DNA from: the human T2T-CHM13v2.0 reference genome, Homo sapiens
Reading direction: 5' to 3' (one strand)
Assembly (NCBI RefSeq): GCF_009914755.1
Contig: NC_060947.1
DNA length: 64,000 bases
In this document: piece after piece, positions 1 through 11,080 of the stretch
How the letters are laid out: every line of letters starts with the position of its first letter
Numbering within the stretch: position 1 is the stretch's first letter
Notes under the pieces: generated by a model
What the model was told of the DNA's origin: nothing
What the model saw: only the letters and a program-made list of their open reading frames with translations
The model's database searches: none
Position numbers and translations under genes: made by a program

Positions 1-48
1 CAAAGCAGTTTCTGAGAGTGCTTCAGTTTAGTTTTTCTGTGGAAATAT

Positions 49-65
49 TCCCGTTTCCAAAGAAA
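49..65 (-). other. Degenerate CENP-B box, predicted non-binding; similar fixed degenerate boxes at 900-916 and 1071-1087
   Basis: 49-65 reads TTTCTTTGGAAACGGGA (TTCG lost), 900-916 reads TTTCACTGGAAACGGGA (TTCG lost), 1071-1087 reads CTTCGTTTGAAACGTCT (CGGG lost). Confidence 0.8.
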
Positions 66-219
66 TCTTCAAAGAGGTCCACGTATCCACTTACAGATTC
101 TACAAAAAGACAGTTTCAAAACTGCTCAATCAAAAGGAGGGTTCAACCGTGTGACTTGAATGCAATCATCACTCAGAAGTTTCTGAGAATGCTTCTCTTT
201 AGTTTTTACGTGAACATAT

Positions 220-236
220 ACCCGTTTCGAACGAAG
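220..236 (-). promoter_or_regulatory. CENP-B box, functional consensus; recurs once per HOR
   Basis: Plus strand acccgtttcgaacgaag reads CTTCGTTCGAAACGGGT on minus, matching NTTCGNNNNANNCGGGN. Confidence 0.88.
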
Positions 237-386
237 GCCAGCCAGTGGTCCAAATATCCACTTGCAGATTCTACAGAAAGAGTGTTTCGAACCTGAACTC
301 TCAAAGGCAGGTTCATCTCTGCGAGTTCAATGCATTCATCATGAAGAACTTTCTCAGAGTGTTTGTGTTTAGGTATGGGAAATTAT

Positions 387-403
387 TCCCGTTTCCAACG
401 AAA
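387..403 (-). promoter_or_regulatory. CENP-B box, canonical; recurs once per HOR
   Basis: Plus strand tcccgtttccaacgaaa reads TTTCGTTGGAAACGGGA on minus. Confidence 0.93.
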
Positions 404-728
404 TCCTCAGAGAGGTCCAAATATCCACCTGCAGATTCTACCAAAAGTGTATTTGGAAACTGCTCCATCAAAAGGCATGTTCAGCTCTGTGAGTGAAACT
501 CCATCATCACAAAGAATATTCTGAGAATGCTTCCGTTTGCCTTTTATATGAAGTTCCTTCCTATACTACCGTAGGCCTCAAAGCAGTCCAAATCTCCATT
601 TGCAGATCCTACAAAAAGAGTGATTCCAATCTGCTCTATCAATAGGATTGTTCAACTCCATGAGTTGAATGCCATCCTCACAAAGTAGTCTCTGAGAATG
701 CTTCTATCTAGTTTTTATGTGAAGATAT

Positions 729-745
729 TTCCTTTTCCACCACAG
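729..745. other. A-type monomer box (pJalpha-type motif) at the position of the CENP-B box; also at 558, 1409, 1580 and 1935
   Basis: ttccttttccaccacag lies in register with the B-box of neighbouring monomers, as in the established A/B monomer classification of alpha satellite. Confidence 0.75.
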
Positions 746-1237
746 GCCTCAAAGCCCTCCAAACGTCCACTTGCAGATTCTCGAAAAAGAGTGTTTCATA
801 GCTGCTCTTTCAAAAGGAAAGTTCAACTCTGGGAGTTGAATACAAACATCACAAAGTAGTTTCTGAGAATGCTTCTGTTTAGTTCTTATGTGAAGATGAT
901 CCCGTTTCCAGTGAAATCTTCAAAGAGGTCCACATATCCCCTTGCAGATTCCAAAGAAAGAGGGTTTCAAAACTGCTCCATCAAAAGGATTGTTCAACTC
1001 TGTGAGTTGAATGCAGTCATCGCAGAAAACTTTCTGAGAATGCTTCTGTCTAGGTTTGAGGTGAAGATATAGACGTTTCAAACGAAGGCTACAAAGTGGT
1101 CAAAATATACACTTGCAGATTCTACTACAAGGGTGTTGCAAACCTGAACTATCAAAGGAAGGTTCAACTCTGTGAGTTGAATACAAACATCACAAAGAAT
1201 GTTCTGAGTTTGCTTCCGTTCAGTTATGTGAAGTTGA

Positions 1238-1254
1238 TCCCGTTTCCAACGAAA
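1238..1254 (-). promoter_or_regulatory. CENP-B box, canonical; recurs once per HOR
   Basis: Plus strand tcccgtttccaacgaaa reads TTTCGTTGGAAACGGGA on minus. Confidence 0.93.
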
Positions 1255-1748
1255 TCCTCAGAGAGGTCCAAATATCCCCTTGCAGATTCTACAAAACGTG
1301 TGTTTGGAAACTGCTCCATCATAACGAATGTTCAGCTCTCTGAGTTAAACTCCATCGTCACAAAGAATTTTCTGAGAGTGCTACCGTCTGGTTTTTATAT
1401 GAAGTTCTTTCCTTTATTACCACAGGCCTCAAAGCGGTCCAAATCTCCACTTGCAGATTCTACAAAAAGAGTGTTTGCAAACTGCTCTATCAAAAGGAAT
1501 GTTCAACTCTGGGAGTTGAATGCAATCATCACAGAGCAGTTTCTGAGAATGCTTCTATGTCGTTTTTAGGAGAAGATATTTCCTTTTCCAACACAGTCCT
1601 CCAAGCCCGCTAAATATCCACTTGCACATTGTAGAAAAAGTGTGTCGAAGCTGCGCTATCAAAGGGAAAGTTCAACTCTGTGAGGTGAATGCAAACATCC
1701 CAAAGAAGTTTCTGAGAATGCTTCCGTTTAGCTTTTAGGTGAAGATTA

Positions 1749-1765
1749 TCCCGTTTCCAACGAAA
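1749..1765 (-). promoter_or_regulatory. CENP-B box, canonical; recurs once per HOR
   Basis: Plus strand tcccgtttccaacgaaa reads TTTCGTTGGAAACGGGA on minus. Confidence 0.93.
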
Positions 1766-1794
1766 TCTTCAAAGAGGTCCAAATATCCCCTTGC

Positions 1795-1800
1795 GGATCC
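1795..1800. other. Once-per-HOR BamHI site (PstI site ctgcag at 429-434), the classical 2.0 kb DXZ1 restriction periodicity
   Basis: ggatcc at 1795-1800 and at homologous positions; mutated to agatcc near 5909, 16192, 22361 and 30589. PstI is lost (ccttcag) near 14826, 18939 and 20995. Confidence 0.85.
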
Positions 1801-1918
1801 CACAGAAAGAGTGTTTCGAAACTGCTGTTTCAAAAGGAATCTTCAACTCTGTGGGTTGAATGCAATCATCACAAAGAAGTTTCTGACAATGCTTCTCTCT
1901 CGTCTTTCTGTGAAGATA

Positions 1919-1961
1919 AAGGAAAAGGCTTTCAGGCCTTTTCCACCACAGGCCTGAAAGC
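1919..1961. repeat. 15 bp net insertion making the 186 bp monomer, containing two overlapping inverted repeats
   Basis: gctttcaggcct (1928-1939) is the exact reverse complement of aggcctgaaagc (1950-1961). ggaaaaggc (1921-1929) is the reverse complement of gccttttcc (1936-1944). Present in every HOR. Confidence 0.85.
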
Positions 1962-4900
1962 GCTCCAAATGTCCACTTGCAGATTCTGCCAAAAGAATAT
2001 TTCAAAACTGCTCTATGAAAAGCAATGTTAAACTCTGCGGCTCGAACACAAACATCACAAAGCAGTTTCTGAGAATGCTTCAGTTTAGTTTTTCTGTGGA
2101 AATATTCCCATTTCCAAAGAAATCTTCAAAGAGGTCCACGTATCCACTTACAGATTCTACAAAAAGACAGTTTCAAAACTGCTCAATCAAAAGGAGGGTT
2201 CAACCGTGTGACTTGAATGCAATCATCACTCAGAAGTTTCTGAGAATGCTTCTCTTTAGTTTTTACGTGAACATATACCCGTTTCGAACGAAGGCCACCC
2301 AGTGGTCCAAATATCCACTTGCAGATTCTACAGAAAGAGTGTTTCGAACCTGAACTCTCAAAGGCAGGTTCATCTCTGCGAGTTCAATGCATTCATCATG
2401 AAGAACTTTCTCAGAGTGTTTGTGTTTAGGTATGGGAAATTATTCCCGTTTCCAACGAAATCTTCAGAGAGGTCCAAATATCCACCTGCAGATTCTACCA
2501 AAAGTGTATTTGGAAACTGCTCCATCAAAAGGCATGTTCAGCTCTGTGAGTGAAACTCCATCATCACAAAGAATATTCTGAGAATGCTTCCGTTTGCCTT
2601 TTATATGAAGTTCCTTCCTATACTACCGTAGGCCTCAAAGCAGTCCAAATCTCCATTTGCAGATTCTACAAAAAGAGTGATTCCAATCTGCTCTATCAAT
2701 AGGATTGTTCAACTCCATGAGTTGAATGCCATCCTCACAAAGTAGTCTCTGAGAATGCTTCTATCTAGTTTTTATGTGAAGATATTTCCTTTTCCACCAC
2801 AGGCCTCAAAGCCCTCCAAACGTCCACTTGCAGATTCTCGAAAAAGAGTGTTTCATAGCTGCTCTTTCAAAAGGAAAGTTCAACTCTGGGAGTTGAATAC
2901 AAACATCACAAAGTAGTTTCCGAGAATGCTTCTGTTTATTTCTTATGTGAAGATGATCCCGTTTCCAGTGAAATCTTCAAAGAGGTCCACATATCCCCTT
3001 GCAGATTCCAAAGAAAGAGGGTTTCAAAACTGCTCCATCAAAAGGATTGTTCAACTCTGTGAGTTGAATGCAGTCATCGCAGAAAACTTTCTGAGAATGC
3101 TTCTGTCTAGGTTTGAGGTGAAGATATAGACGTTTCAAACGAAGGCTACAAAGTGGTCAAAATATACACTTGCAGATTCTACTACAAGGGTGTTGCAAAC
3201 CTCAACTATCAAAGGAAGGTTCAACTCTGTGAGTTGAATACAAACATCACAAAGAATGTTCTGAGTTTGCTTCCGTTCAGTTATGGGAAGTTGATCCCGT
3301 TTCCAACGAAATCCTCAGAGAGGTCCAAATATCCCCTTGCAGATTCTACAAAACGTGTGTTTGGAAACTGCTCCATCATAACGAATGTTCAGCTCTCTGA
3401 GTTAAACTCCATCGTCACAAAGAATTTTCTGAGAGTGCTACCGTCTAGTTTTTATATGAAGTTCTTTCCTTTACTACCACAGGCCTCAAAGCGGTCCAAA
3501 TCTCCACTTGCAGATTCTACAAAAAGAGTGTTTGCAAACTGCTCTATCAAAAGGAATGTTCAACTCTGGGAGTTGAATGCAATCATCACAGAGCAGTTTC
3601 TGAGAATGCTTCTATGTCGTTTTTAGGAGAAGATATTTCCTATTCCAACACAGTCCTCCAAGCCCGCTAAATATCCACTTGCACATTGTAGAAAAAATGT
3701 GTCGAAGCTGCGCTATCAAAGGGAAAGTTCAACTCTGTGAGGTGAATGCAAACATCCCAAAGAAGTTTCTGAGAATGCTTCCGTTTAGCTTTTAGGTGAA
3801 GATTATCCCGTTTCCAACGAAATCTTCAAAGAGGTCCAAATATCCCCTTGCGGATCCCACAGAAAGAGTGTTTCGAAACTGCTGTTTCAAAAGGAATCTT
3901 CAACTCTGTGAGTTGAATGCAATCATCACAAAGAAGTTTCTGACAATGCTTCTCTCTCGTCTTTCTGTGAAGATAAAGGAAAAGGCTTTCAGGCCTTTTC
4001 CACCACAGGCCTGAAAGCGCTCCAAATGTCCACTTGCAGATTCTGCCAAAAGAATATTTCAAAACTGCTCTATGAAAAGCAATGTTAAAATCTGTGGCTC
4101 GAACACAAACATCACAAAGCAGTTTCTGAGAGTGCTTCAGTTTAGTTTTTCTGTGGAAATATTCCCGTTTCCAAAGAAATCTTCAAAGAGGTCCACGTAT
4201 CCACTTACAGATTCTACAAAAAGACAGTTTCAAAACTGCTCAATCAAAAGGAGGGTTCAACCGTGTGACTTGAATGCAATCATCACTCAGAAGTTTCTGA
4301 GAATGCTTCTCTTTAGTTTTTACGTGAACATATACCCGTTTCGAACGAAGGCCACACAGTGGTCCAAATATCCACTTGCAGATTCTACAGAAAGAGTGTT
4401 TCGAACCTGAACTCTCAAAGGCAGGTTCATCTCTGCGAGTTAAATGCATTCATCATGAAGAACTTTCTCAGAGTGTTTGTGTTTAGTTATGGGAAATTAT
4501 TCCCGTTACCAAAGAAATCCGCAGAGAGGTCCAAATATCCACCTGCAGATTCTACCAAAAGTGTATTTGGAAACTGCTCCATCAAAAGGAATGTTCAGCT
4601 CTGTGAGTGAAACTCCATCGTCACAAAGAATATTCTGAGAATGCTTCCGTTTGCCTTTTATATGAAGTACCTTCCTATACTACCGTAGGCCTCAAAGCAG
4701 TCCAAATCTCCATTTGCAGATTCTACAAAAAGAGTGATTCCAATCTGCTCTATCAATAGGATTGTTCAACTCCATGTGTTGAATGCCATCCTCACAAAGT
4801 CGTTTCTGAGAATGCTTCTATCTAGTTTTTATGTGAAGATATTTCCTTTTCCACCACAGGCCTCAAAGCCCTCCAAACGTCCACTTGCAGATTCTCGAAA

Positions 4901-7900
4901 AAGAGTGTTTCATAGCTGCTCTTTCAAAAGGAAAGTTCAACTCTGCGAGTTGAATACAAACATCACAAAGTAGTTTCCGAGAATGCTTCTGTTTAGTTCT
5001 TATGTGAAGATGATCCCGTTTCCAGTGAAATCTTCAAAGAGGTCCACATATCCCCTTGCAGATTCCAAAGAAAGAGGGATTCAAAACTGCTCCATCAAAA
5101 GGATTGTTCAACTCTGTGAGTTGAATGCTGTCATCGCAGAAAACTTTCTGAGAATGCTTCTGTCTAGGTTTGAGGTGAAGATATAGACGTTTCAAACGAA
5201 GGCTACAAAGTGGTCAAAATATACACTTGCAGATTCTACTACAAGGGTGTTGCAAACCTGAACTATCAAAGGAAGGTTCAACTCTGTGAGTTGAATACAA
5301 ACATCACAAAGAATGTTCTGAGTTTGCTTCCGTTCAGTTATGGGAAGTTGATCCCGTTTCCAACGAAATCCTCAGAGAGTTCCAAATATCCCCTTGCAGA
5401 TTCTACAAAACGTGTGTTTGGAAACTGCTCCATCATAACGAATGTTCAGCTCTCTGAGTTAAACTCCATCGTCACAAAGAATTTTCTGAGAGTGCTACCG
5501 TCTGGTTTTTATATGAAGTTCTTTCCTTTACTACCACAGGCCTCAAAGCGATCCAAGTCTCCACTTGCAGATTCTACAAAAACAGTGTTTGCAAACTGCT
5601 CTATCAAAAGGAATGTTCAACTCTGGGAGTTGAATGCAATCATCACAGAGCAGTTTCTGAGAATGCTTCTATGTCGTTTTTAGGAGAAGATATTTCCTTT
5701 TCCAACACAGTCCTCCAAGCCCGCTAAATATCCACTTGCACATTGTAGAAAAAGTGTGTCGAAGCTGCGCTATCAAAGGGAAAGTTCAACTCTGTGAGGT
5801 GAATGCAAACATCCCAAAGAAGTTTCTGAGAATGCTTCCGTTTAGCTTTTAGGTGAAGATTATCCTGTTTCCAACGAAATCTTCAAAGAGGTCCAAATAT
5901 CCCCTTGCAGATCCCACAGAAAGAGTGTTTCGAAACTGCTGTTTCAAAAGGAATCTTCAACTCTGTGAGTTGAATGCAATCTTCACAAAGAAGTTTCTGA
6001 CAATGCTTCTCTCTCGTCTTTCTGTGAAGATAAAGGAAAAGGCTTTCAGGCCTTTTCCACCACAGGCCTGAAAGCGCTCCAAATGTCCACTTGCAGATTC
6101 TGCCAAAAGAATATTTCAAAACTGCTCTATGAAAAGCAATGTTAAACTCTGCGGCTCGAACACAAACATCACAAAGCAGTTTCTGAGAATGCTTCAGTTT
6201 AGTTTTTCTGTGGAAATATTCCCGTTTCCAAAGAAATCTTCAAAGAGGTCCACGTGTCCTCTTACAGATTCTACAAAAAGACAGTTTCAAAACTGCTCAA
6301 TCAAAAGGAGGGTTCAACCGTGTGACTTGAATGCAATCATCACTCAGAAGTTTCTGAGAATGCTTCTCTTTAGTTTTTACGTGAACATATACCCGTTTCG
6401 AACGAAGGCCAGCCAGTGGTCCAAATATCCACTTGCAGATTCTACAGAAAGAGTGTTTCGAACCTGAACTCTCAAAGGCAGGTTCATCTCTGCGAGTTCA
6501 ATGCATTCATCATGAAGAACTTTCTCAGAGTGTTTTTGTTTAGGTATGGGAAATTATTCCCGTTTCCAACGAAATCCTCAGAGAGGTCCAAATATCCACC
6601 TGCAGATTCTACCAAAAGTGTATTTGGAAACTGCTCCATCAAAAGGCATGTTCAGCTCTGTGAGTGAAACTCCATCATCACAAAGAATATTCTGAGAATG
6701 CTTCCGTTTGCCTTTTATATGAAGTTCCTTCCTATACTACCGTAGGCCTCAAAGCAGTCCAAATCTCCATTTGCAGATCCTACAAAAAGAGTGATTCCAA
6801 TCTGCTCTATCAATAGGATTGTTCAACTCCATGAGTTGAATGCCATCCTCACAAAGTAGTCTCTGAGAATGCTTCTATCTAGTTTTTATGTGAAGATATT
6901 TCCTTTTCCACCACAGGCCTCAAAGCCCTCCAAACCTCCACTTGCAGATTCTCGAAAAAGAGTGTTTCATAGCTGCTCTTTCAAAAGGAAAGTTCAACTC
7001 TGGGAGTTGAATACAAACATCACAAAGTAGTTTCTGAGAATGCTTCTGTTTAGTTCTTATGTGAAGATGATCCCGTTTCCAGTGAAATCTTCAAAGAGGT
7101 CCACATATCCCCTTGCAGATTCCAAAGAAAGAGGGTTTCAAAACTGCTCCATCAAAAGGATTGTTCAACTCTGTGAGTTGAATGCAGTCATCGCAGAAAA
7201 CTTTCTGAGAATGCTTCTGTCTAGGTTTGAGGTGAAGATATAGACGTTTCAAACGAAGGCTACAAAGTGGTCAAAATATACACTTGCAGATTCTACTACA
7301 AGGGTGTTGCAAACCTGAACTATCAAAGGAAGGTTCAACTCTGTGAGTTGAATACAAACATCACAAAGAATGTTCTGAGTTTGCTTCCGTTCAGTTATGG
7401 GAAGTTGATCCCGTTTCCAACGAAATCCTCAGAGAGGTCCAAATATCCCCTTGCAGATTCTACAAAACGTGTGTTTGGAAACTGCTCCATCATAACGAAT
7501 GTTCAGCTCTCTGAGTTAAACTCCATCGTCACAAAGAATTTTCTGAGAGTGCTACCGTCTGGTTTTTATATGAAGTTCTTTCCTTTATTACCAAAGGCCT
7601 CAAAGCGGTCCAAATCTCCACTTGCAGATTCTACAAAAAGAGTGTTTGCAAACTGCTCTATCAAAAGGAATGTTCAACTCTGGGAGTTGAATGCAATCAT
7701 CACAGAGCAGTTTCTGAGAATGCTTCTATGTCGTTTTTAGGAGAAGATATTTCCTTTTCCAACACAGTCCTCCAAGCCCGCTAAATATCCACTTGCACAT
7801 TGTAGAAAAAGTGTGTCGAAGCTGCGCTATCAAAGGGAAAGTTCAACTCTGTGAGGTGAATGCAAACATCCCAAAGAAGTTTCTGAGAATGCTTCCGTTT

Positions 7901-10900
7901 AGCTTTTAGGTGAAGATTATCCCGTTTCCAACGAAATCTTCAAAGAGGTCCAAATATCCCCTTGCGGATCCCACAGAAAGAGTGTTTCGAAACTGCTGTT
8001 TCAAAAGGAATCTTCAACTCTGTGGGTTGAATGCAATCATCACAAAGAAGTTTCTGACAATGCTTCTCTCTCGTCTTTCTGTGAAGATAAAGGAAAAGGC
8101 TTTCAGGCCTTTTCCACCACAGGCCTGAAAGCGCTCCAAATGTCCACTTGCAGATTCTGCCAAAAGAATATTTCAAAACTGCTCTATGAAAAGCAATGTT
8201 AAACTCTGCGGCTCGAACACAAACATCACAAAGCAGTTTCTGAGAATGCTTCAGTTTAGTTTTTCTGTGGAAATATTCCCATTTCCAAAGAAATCTTCAA
8301 AGAGGTCCACGTATCCACTTACAGATTCTACAAAAAGACAGTTTCAAAACTGCTCAATCAAAAGGAGGGTTCAACCGTGTGACTTGAATGCAATCATCAC
8401 TCAGAAGTTTCTGAGAATGCTTCTCTTTAGTTTTTACGTGAACATATACCCGTTTCGAACGAAGGCCACCCAGTGGTCCAAATATCCACTTGCAGATTCT
8501 ACAGAAAGAGTGTTTCGAACCTGAACTCTCAAAGGCAGGTTCATCTCTGCGAGTTCAATGCATTCATCATGAAGAACTTTCTCAGAGTGTTTGTGTTTAG
8601 GTATGGGAAATTATTCCCGTTTCCAACGAAATCTTCAGAGAGGTCCAAATATCCACCTGCAGATTCTACCAAAAGTGTATTTGGAAACTGCTCCATCAAA
8701 AGGCATGTTCAGCTCTGTGAGTGAAACTCCATCATCACAAAGAATATTCTGAGAATGCTTCCGTTTGCCTTTTATATGAAGTTCCTTCCTATACTACCGT
8801 AGGCCTCAAAGCAGTCCAAATCTCCATTTGCAGATTCTACAAAAAGAGTGATTCCAATCTGCTCTATCAATAGGATTGTTCAACTCCATGAGTTGAATGC
8901 CATCCTCACAAAGTAGTCTCTGAGAATGCTTCTATCTAGTTTTTATGTGAAGATATTTCCTTTTCCACCACAGGCCTCAAAGCCCTCCAAACGTCCACTT
9001 GCAGATTCTCGAAAAAGAGTGTTTCATAGCTGCTCTTTCAAAAGGAAAGTTCAACTCTGGGAGTTGAATACAAACATCACAAAGTAGTTTCCGAGAATGC
9101 TTCTGTTTAGTTCTTATGTGAAGATGATCCCGTTTCCAGTGAAATCTTCAAAGAGGTCCACATATCCCCTTGCAGATTCCAAAGAAAGAGGGTTTCAAAA
9201 CTGCTCCATCAAAAGGATTGTTCAACTCTGTGAGTTGAATGCAGTCATCGCAGAAAACTTTCTGAGAATGCTTCTGTCTAGGTTTGAGGTGAAGATATAG
9301 ACGTTTAAAACAAAGGCTACAAAGTGGTCAAAATATACACTTGCAGATTCTACTACAAGGGTGTTGCAAACCTGAACTATCAAAGGAAGGTTCAACTCTG
9401 TGAGTTGAATACAAACATCACAAAGAATGTTCTGAGTTTGCTTCCGTTCAGTTATGGGAAGTTGATCCCGTTTCCAACGAAATCCTCAGAGAGGTCCAAA
9501 TATCCCCTTGCAGATTCTACAAAACGTTTGTTTGGAAACTGCTCCATCATAACGAATGTTCAGCTCTCTGAGTTAAACTCCATCGTCACAAAGAATTTTC
9601 TGAGAGTGCTACCGTCTAGTTTTTATATGAAGTTCTTTCCTTTACTACCACAGGCCTCAAAGCGGTCCAAATCTCCACTTGCAGATTCTACAAAAAGAGT
9701 GTTTGCAAACTGCTCTATCAAAAGGAATGTTCAACTCTGGGAGTTGAATGCAATCATCACAGAGCAGTTTCTGAGAATGCTTCTATGTCGTTTTTAGGAG
9801 AAGATATTTCCTATTCCAACACAGTCCTCCAAGCCCGCTAAATATCCACTTGCACATTGTAGAAAAAGTGTGTCGAAGCTGCGCTATCAAAGGGAAAGTT
9901 CAACTCTGTGAGGTGAATGCAAACATCCCAAAGAAGTTTCTGAGAATGCTTCCGTTTAGCTTTTAGGTGAAGATTATCCCGTTTCCAACGAAATCTTCAA
10001 AGAGGTCCAAATATCCCCTTGCGGATCCCACAGAAAGAGTGTTTCGAAACTGCTGTTTCAAAAGGAATCTTCAACTCTGTGAGTTGAATGCAATCATCAC
10101 AAAGAAGTTTCTGACAATGCTTCTCTCTCGTCTTTCTGTGAAGATAAAGGAAAAGGCTTTCAGGCCTTTTCCACCACAGGCCTGAAAGCGCTCCAAATGT
10201 CCACTTGCAGATTCTGCCAAAAGAATATTTCAAAACTGCTCTATGAAAAGCAATGTTAAAATCTGTGGCTCGAACACAAACATCACAAAGCAGTTTCTGA
10301 GAGTGCTTCAGTTTAGTTTTTCTGTGGAAATATTCCCGTTTCCAAAGAAATCTTCAAAGAGGTCCACGTATCCACTTACAGATTCTACAAAAAGACAGTT
10401 TCAAAACTGCTCAATCAAAAGGAGGGTTCAACTGTGTGACTTGAATGCAATCATCACTCAGAAGTTTCTGAGAATGCTTCTCTTTAGTTTTTACGTGAAC
10501 ATATACCCGTTTCGAACGAAGGCCACACAGTGGTCCAAATATCCACTTGCAGATTCTACAGAAAGAGTGTTTCGAACCTGAACTCTCAAAGGCAGGTTCA
10601 TCTCTGCGAGTTAAATGCATTCATCATGAAGAACTTTCTCAGAGTGTTTGTGTTTAGTTATGGGAAATTATTCCCGTTACCAAAGAAATCCGCAGAGAGG
10701 TCCAAATATCCACCTGCAGATTCTACCAAAAGTGTATTTGGAAACTGCTCCATCAAAAGGCATGTTCAGCTCTGTGAGTGAAACTCCATCGTCACAAAGA
10801 ATATTCTGAGAATGCTTCCGTTTGCCTTTTATATGAAGTACCTTCCTATACTACCGTAGGCCTCAAAGCAGTCCAAATCTCCATTTGCAGATTCTACAAA

Positions 10901-11080
10901 AAGAGTGATTCCAATCTGCTCTATCAATGGGATTGTTCAACTCCATGAGTTGAATGCCATCCTCACAAAGTCGTTTCTGAGAATGCTTCTATCTAGTTTT
11001 TATGTGAAGATATTTCCTTTTCCACCACAGGCCTCAAAGCCCTCCAAACGTCCACTTGCAGATTCTCGAAAAAGAGTGTT

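Larger units (their letters stand above)
49..2105. repeat. One representative HOR unit (2,057 bp) of 12 alpha monomers, pattern B B B A A B B B A A B A (5+5+2, SF3 type)
   Basis: A/B-box positions at 49, 220, 387, 558, 729, 900, 1071, 1238, 1409, 1580, 1749, 1935, next 2106. Spacings 171, 167, 171, 171, 171, 171, 167, 171, 171, 169, 186, 171 sum to 2,057. The 167 bp monomer recurs five monomers apart, showing the pentameric ancestry. Confidence 0.92.
1..11080. repeat. HOR haplotype block 1 (all units 2,057 bp) with an internal 3-HOR (6,171 bp) duplication
   Basis: Shared markers tttgaggtg and caaccgtgtg. Rare variants repeat at +6,171, e.g. gcagatcct ~605/~6776, gtgggttga ~1853/~8024 and cccgttaccaaagaaatccgc 4501/10672. 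Confidence 0.8.

Noticed and set aside
1096-1569. 157 aa ORF recurring in every HOR, and all other 64-112 aa ORFs on both strands
   Set aside because: The translations consist of the 171 bp (57-codon) monomer repeat (PFPTKSS..KYPLADS..NCSIK..VQLCELN). Many start at non-ATG codons, they are freely broken by indels and stops (e.g. 23718-24143, 16412-16642), and they resemble no protein family I recognise.
1921-1961. Hairpin read as a rho-independent terminator or structured ncRNA gene
   Set aside because: This is eukaryotic satellite context with no gene upstream and no U-tract after the long stem. It is reported only as a DNA dyad. Alpha-satellite transcripts exist in general but cannot be located from sequence alone.
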